From assembly GCF_006345805.1 (NCBI RefSeq), contig NW_021835200.1, positions 1 to 41,998 of the forward strand: 41,998 nucleotides of DNA, written 5' to 3'. Both the position numbers and the translations under genes were made by a program. This DNA comes from Octopus sinensis. Lineage: Eukaryota. This document shows positions 37,231-41,998 of this stretch, in pieces. Each line of letters opens with the position of its first letter. Within the stretch, counting starts at the first letter, position 1. Under the pieces are notes generated by a model that ran no database searches, had not been told where the DNA came from, and worked only from the letters and a program-made list of their open reading frames with translations.

Positions 37231-37471
37231 CTCGTGGACATATACTCGTCCTCGGCTTCTCTGCTGACGAGACACGCCAGTTGTAAATAAATTTAATTTA
37301 ATTTAATTAATTTGTTTACAAAAGTTTGTCGAAACTATGCATAGTCCAGAGATGAAAAGGGTAAATGTTTTTATTTCTCTTTCAATTTCAGAATTACAAC
37401 TATTTAGCGGATTGAGTTTGGCTGCTCTTTCTAGTGAGTCGAATGGCCTATTAGGGCCATTCCTTATATTG

Positions 37472-37476
<5 letters not shown>
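37231..37476 (+). mobile_element. (TA)n-embedded 246-bp element carrying an intact hammerhead
   Basis: (TA)n on both sides; homologous along its length to 24402-24632. Confidence 0.7.
37258..37352 (+). ncRNA. Type I hammerhead ribozyme, canonical core
   Basis: Stem I TCTCTG/CAGAGA; CTGACGA 37264-37270; stem II GACA/TGTC with inner 13-bp hairpin; GAAA 37331-37334; stem III ACTA-TGCA-TAGT; GUC site at C37346. Confidence 0.88.
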
Positions 37477-37519
<43 letters not shown>

Positions 37520-37521
<2 letters not shown>

Positions 37522-37973
37522 ATATTTCGGAATGGTCATATTGCCAGTTTAGCCAATAAAAACACACGCACTATATATTTGGTGTTATTTTGTTATTTCG
37601 GCCAAAGTTCTTTCGTCACACTCCTGTGACCGCATCAGTGGTCCTTTGTTTTCTTCTCACTTACTTGTGTCTCTCCTTACTAACCGTCAGCCATTTTGTA
37701 TTTCTATTGTATGTCTTCATTTGCGCATGCTTATATCTCTATGTGCGTCTATGTTTATTTAGTGTGTGTGTGGGGGGGATGCCTGTAATATTTCTATCTT
37801 CTGTTTATATACATTCTTGTAATTTGTATTTTGTTTTTGTTGTTGTTGCTTTTGTTCGAATTTTGTTCATGTGTTTACATCCACCCATTATTATCATTAC
37901 ATATGCTTGTATGTATAACAACAATATTAGTAATAATAATAATAAATCTAATCGAAAAAAAAAAGAAAAAAAA

Positions 37974-38012
<39 letters not shown>

Positions 38013-39040
38013 TACACACATATATACACACATACATATATATATATATACACACATACATATATATAGTTATTCATTTCTATTTCTTTTATTATCTGTG
38101 TATTTATTATGTTTGCAGGATCCACTATCGTCATATGTTGTGGTGTGTGCTATTGCTCCATTCTAGTTTTCTATTCAGGCTAGGTTTATTTTCTATTATA
38201 TGTGTAGCTTCTGTAATTTGTCTAATTGTTGCATCTGTTCTATGTGTGGACAATATCTTAATCTCTATGTTATTGATTGATCCCCCGTGTTCTTGTTCGG
38301 CGTGTTGGTACAGAATCGATGAGCTTTTACCTTCCTTGAGTTGTCTCCAATGTTCATTCACCCGCTCTCCAATGCTTCTTGCTGTTTCCCCTACGTATGT
38401 TACTGTCTTGTTACTGCATCGTCCCTCTATACATCTTATACTATAGACCACATTTCTGGCTTTACAGTTGTTTGTGGGCTAAATCTACATACAGTGCAAT
38501 AGTTATCCGTACAGAGAGTTCTACTAAAAGGATAGGTTCTACCAATTATAGATCTGATAGGGTTGCCTGGCTTTTCAACAACCTTAATTCTTAGTTTAAG
38601 TTTATCTAGGGTCCTTCTAAATCGGTACGCCAGTTCACCTCCAGGGGTGGTGTCAACGAACATGACACTCTGGTATTTATGGCTATCATACCAAGAGTTG
38701 GCCTTCCCTATTTTCTTTTTTGTCCTTTCTATAGTGTTCCATGACTTGTTCCTATAGAGTGGGCAAATCCCATTCCTATCATTACATAATATATTATCAA
38801 ATTTCTTCATGGCTCCTTTGTATACTCTGATCCTTTCTTTATGGCTGTAACCTGAGAACTGCATGCGGTGAATGAAATACTGTATGTGTCTCTTTAATTC
38901 TGTAGGCTCGCACATGCGTGACACATTTCTCATTATTCTGACGAGGTCTGCCATCAAAATATTGAATTTGGCATTGCCTGCAATGGCTGAGTTCCGGTGG
39001 ATCAGGTATTTTGAGGCCATAGGTTTTGCATAGTATGAAT
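37520..39040 (-). mobile_element. 5'-truncated Penelope-like element (Neptune-like) with 3' non-coding region
   Basis: RT thumb/linker plus GIY-YIG ORF remnant; degenerate HHR-like motif at 37600-37644 (minus); the 3' boundary is uncertain. Confidence 0.8.
38131..39035 (-). pseudogene. Penelope-like RT C-terminus, Cys-rich linker and GIY-YIG endonuclease, one frameshift near 38475
   Basis: YAKPMASKYLIHRNSA, SGYS, MFVDTTPGGELA, CxxxxCxxC linker, VVYSIRC..YVGETARSIGERVNEH..RQITEA..I..NKPSLNRKLEW. Confidence 0.9.
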
Positions 39041-39084
39041 GAAGGATATGTATATATATGTATGTATATATGTATGTATGTATG

Positions 39085-39285
39085 TATATGTTTGTGTGTC
39101 TGTGTTTGTCCCCTCACCATGGCTTGACAACCGGTATTGGTGTGTTTACGTCCCTGTAAATTAGCATTTCGGGATAAGAGACCGATGGTTACTAGGCTTA
39201 CAAAGAATAAGTCATGGAGTCGATTCATTCGAGTAAAGAAAGCATGGCCAAAGTCAAATGACTGAAACCTGTAAAAGAATAGAAG
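39085..39285 (+). mobile_element. SINE family A, 3' half
   Basis: Tail homology. Confidence 0.85.
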
Positions 39286-39295
39286 AGTATATGTA

Positions 39296-39331
<36 letters not shown>

Positions 39332-39458
39332 CACACACCACATACATATACTCTTTACTGTACGTTGCTGTATATATATATATATATATATATATACAGA
39401 TAGAGAGAGAGAGAGAGAGGGAGGATAAAGAGAGAGAGAGGGAGATAGAGAGAGAGAG

Positions 39459-39514
<56 letters not shown>

Positions 39515-40091
39515 CATACATGCGCGAGCGGTGGTGTGTGATTGAACGCGCTTTAATTAAAAATATACGTTTGTGTACACAGGTGTAACAGGTTAGGCAC
39601 GTGCCCGCCAGAGAAACTGTACTAATTGCCCCTTTATATCACCGCCCCCAAATTTCCTCGTCCCAAATATTTTACCCTCTGACCGCATCACGTCTCGAAT
39701 ACTGTATTATACGGCTTTTTTTAAGGTTTTTATCTTGAGTGTAGAAAACCTGTCATAGGGGACAAACAAAGAAATGGGTTTTTTTTTTAATGAAAATACA
39801 TACATCTAAGTTTAACACGTTTGGATAATCAGTCATCTATGTAGATATATGGATTCGTATGTGTGTATTAGCGTATGTGTATGCATGTGTGTATACGTGT
39901 GTGTGTGTGTGTGTGTATGTGTGTGCGTGTATACGTATGCATAGCTATTAACAAACATATTTTCACTTATAAATATATGTTTGCCACGTTGCGTTGGCAA
40001 ATAAACTTTACTGTACATTACTGTTACTACGTATTTCTCGCTCGGAGATCTAAAACTAGTTGTTTCTCTCATTCTTTCTCTCTCTCTCTCC

Positions 40092-40130
<39 letters not shown>

Positions 40131-40261
40131 TGAGTGTGTGTGTAACTATATGTATATGCATACATGCAGGCATGTTTGTATATCTCTATATCTATACCTA
40201 TATATATGGATCTGTGGGGGCACATATGTATGTATATATGTATGTATGCATACTCTCTCTC

Positions 40262-40507
40262 TCTCTTTTACTCTTTTACTTGTTTCAGTCATTTGACTGT
40301 GGCCATGCTGGAGTACTGCGTTTCAGTCGTGCAAATCGCTCCCAGGACTTATTCTTTGTAAGCCTAGTACTTATTCTATCGGTCTCTTTTGCCGAACCGC
40401 TAAGTTATGGGGACGTAAAAACACCAGCATCGGTTGTGAAGCGATGTTGGAGGGACAAACACAGAAACACTAGCACACACACACATACACACACACACAC
40501 GCACTAC

Positions 40508-40543
<36 letters not shown>

Positions 40544-40642
40544 GTCATAATACCTTCCTGCTGCTTCCATTTCTGAGCGCCTATTAATAATAATACTGTA
40601 ATTGTTCCATTGTTGTTGTTTTTTTGTTTTCCCTTTTGGATT

Positions 40643-40707
<65 letters not shown>

Positions 40708-40835
40708 TATATATATACATATATACGACGGGCTTCGTTCAGTTTCCGTCTACCTACCAAATCTATTCACAAGGCTTGGTCGACCCGAGGCCACAGTAGA
40801 AGACACTCAAGGTGCCACGGAGTAGGACCGAACCT
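40262..40835 (-). mobile_element. SINE family A with a Penelope-type tail (40545-40645, plus strand) in its spacer
   Basis: 3' half about 40262-40475, 5' half about 40725-40835; the insert matches 1545-1640. Confidence 0.8.
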
Positions 40836-41056
40836 GGGAACCATATGTGTATGTAAGTATGTGTGCATATCTCTATATCTCTCTATCGCTATCTGTACAC
40901 GTATATGTGGAGGTACATATGTATATATATATATGACCATGTATATACACACACACACACTAATGCAAGAAAAGGATTTAAGCATTTTTTGCGTTTGTTT
41001 GTCCGCACGCGCATGTGTATGTGTGCATGTTAGTGCTTGTTAGTGTGTGCCTCTGA

Positions 41057-41092
<36 letters not shown>

Positions 41093-41329
41093 ATGTGTGT
41101 ATTTGTACCTCTACGTGCCTTTCAAGTGTACATATTATTTTAATATTGTATCATACATAGACACACATGTATGCATACACATTATACATATCACCATTAC
41201 CACGAGCACTACTGTGGAACCCCACCACGACCACCACCACTACTCGACACCACGTCTCACAAACCCCATTCCCTCTGTCTCTCTTTCCGCTTGATTGGGA
41301 AACACAATCAAAGAAGCGAACTGTGAAAA

Positions 41330-41730
41330 GGCCGGCAACACCTGCTTACCTTCCAGAAACAATCTACAGGCGTGGCAGCTACCCTCAACACGCAGGTTAT
41401 TCAGAACAGATGGACTCTCTGACCAAAGGAACTCGCCCTTACCACAGGAATTGAAAGAGAAGGTCTTCCAGTCTGTGGAGGTAATCTGATATGAGACATC
41501 TTGGCACAGCTGTTAAGGCACCGTTGATTCGACATCAGAATTTTAATATTTCGCTGGACTCTCTGACCAAAGGAACTCATCCTTTCTACAAGAATTGAAA
41601 GACTAGGCTTTCTAGTCTGATGAGATAATCTGATATGAGATGTCTTGGCACAGCTGTTAAGGCGCCGCCTTATTTGGCGTCGCTGATTCGTTGCTGACTT
41701 TTATGACATCAGACTTTTTAATATTTCTCT
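41330..41730 (-). mobile_element. Decayed L1/Tx1-like LINE fragment containing a tandem duplication (period 144 bp)
   Basis: Minus frame LTAVP..LHRLEDLLFQFLW*GRVPLVR.SIC resembles the Tx1 post-RT region; units start at 41412 and 41556. Confidence 0.5.
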
Positions 41731-41856
41731 AGCTCCTCTCTTTGTCTCCTCTCTGTTTAAATGTAAGCATCTAGTTATGTTTGTATCAGTAACATCTCTC
41801 TCACCATCTGTTTTTCTCGCGCTCTCACTCTCTGTCTGTACGTGTGTATTTCTGTA

Positions 41857-41910
<54 letters not shown>

Positions 41911-41998
41911 TGTGTATTTGCTTCCAGTGCCAAAATTATTGTCACCAAAGCAGGCTAAGCCATATCTTCAGCGTCCAGGCAGCTGCAGCCAATCGTTC

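Noticed and set aside
41412-41727. CRISPR-like repeat-spacer pattern
   Set aside because: Only two long diverged units in a eukaryotic LINE remnant; no unique spacers or cas genes
41916-41998. Possible plus-strand exon after TTGCTTCCAG, which with the donor at 237 would make a 41.7-kb intron
   Set aside because: Joining gives an early stop and no recognisable protein; truncated by the window edge

Overview
AT-rich animal genomic DNA dense in microsatellites. It looks intronic or intergenic, most likely from an octopod cephalopod; this is inferred from the tRNA-derived SINE families and repeat density, not from a search. I cannot support any intact host protein-coding gene, and nearly all ORF-track entries are translations of microsatellites. 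The window is mostly transposable-element remnants: about 25 SINE copies or fragments from roughly five modular families, a Tc1 element with both TIRs, mariner and maT/DD37D fragments, hAT MITEs, a non-autonomous Helitron, RTE, Tx1/L1 and RLE (R4/Dong-like) LINE fragments, and a 5'-truncated Penelope-like element (RT thumb/linker plus GIY-YIG). The main unexplained signal is a set of hammerhead-ribozyme (HHR) motifs in short microsatellite-embedded repeats. One is a canonical, apparently intact type I HHR (37258-37352). A diverged relative at about 24453-24516 keeps the same fold through compensatory changes, and several variant or decayed HHRs occur elsewhere. Structures were folded by eye. 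Family names are recalled, not searched, and element edges are approximate unless a TSD or TIR is quoted.
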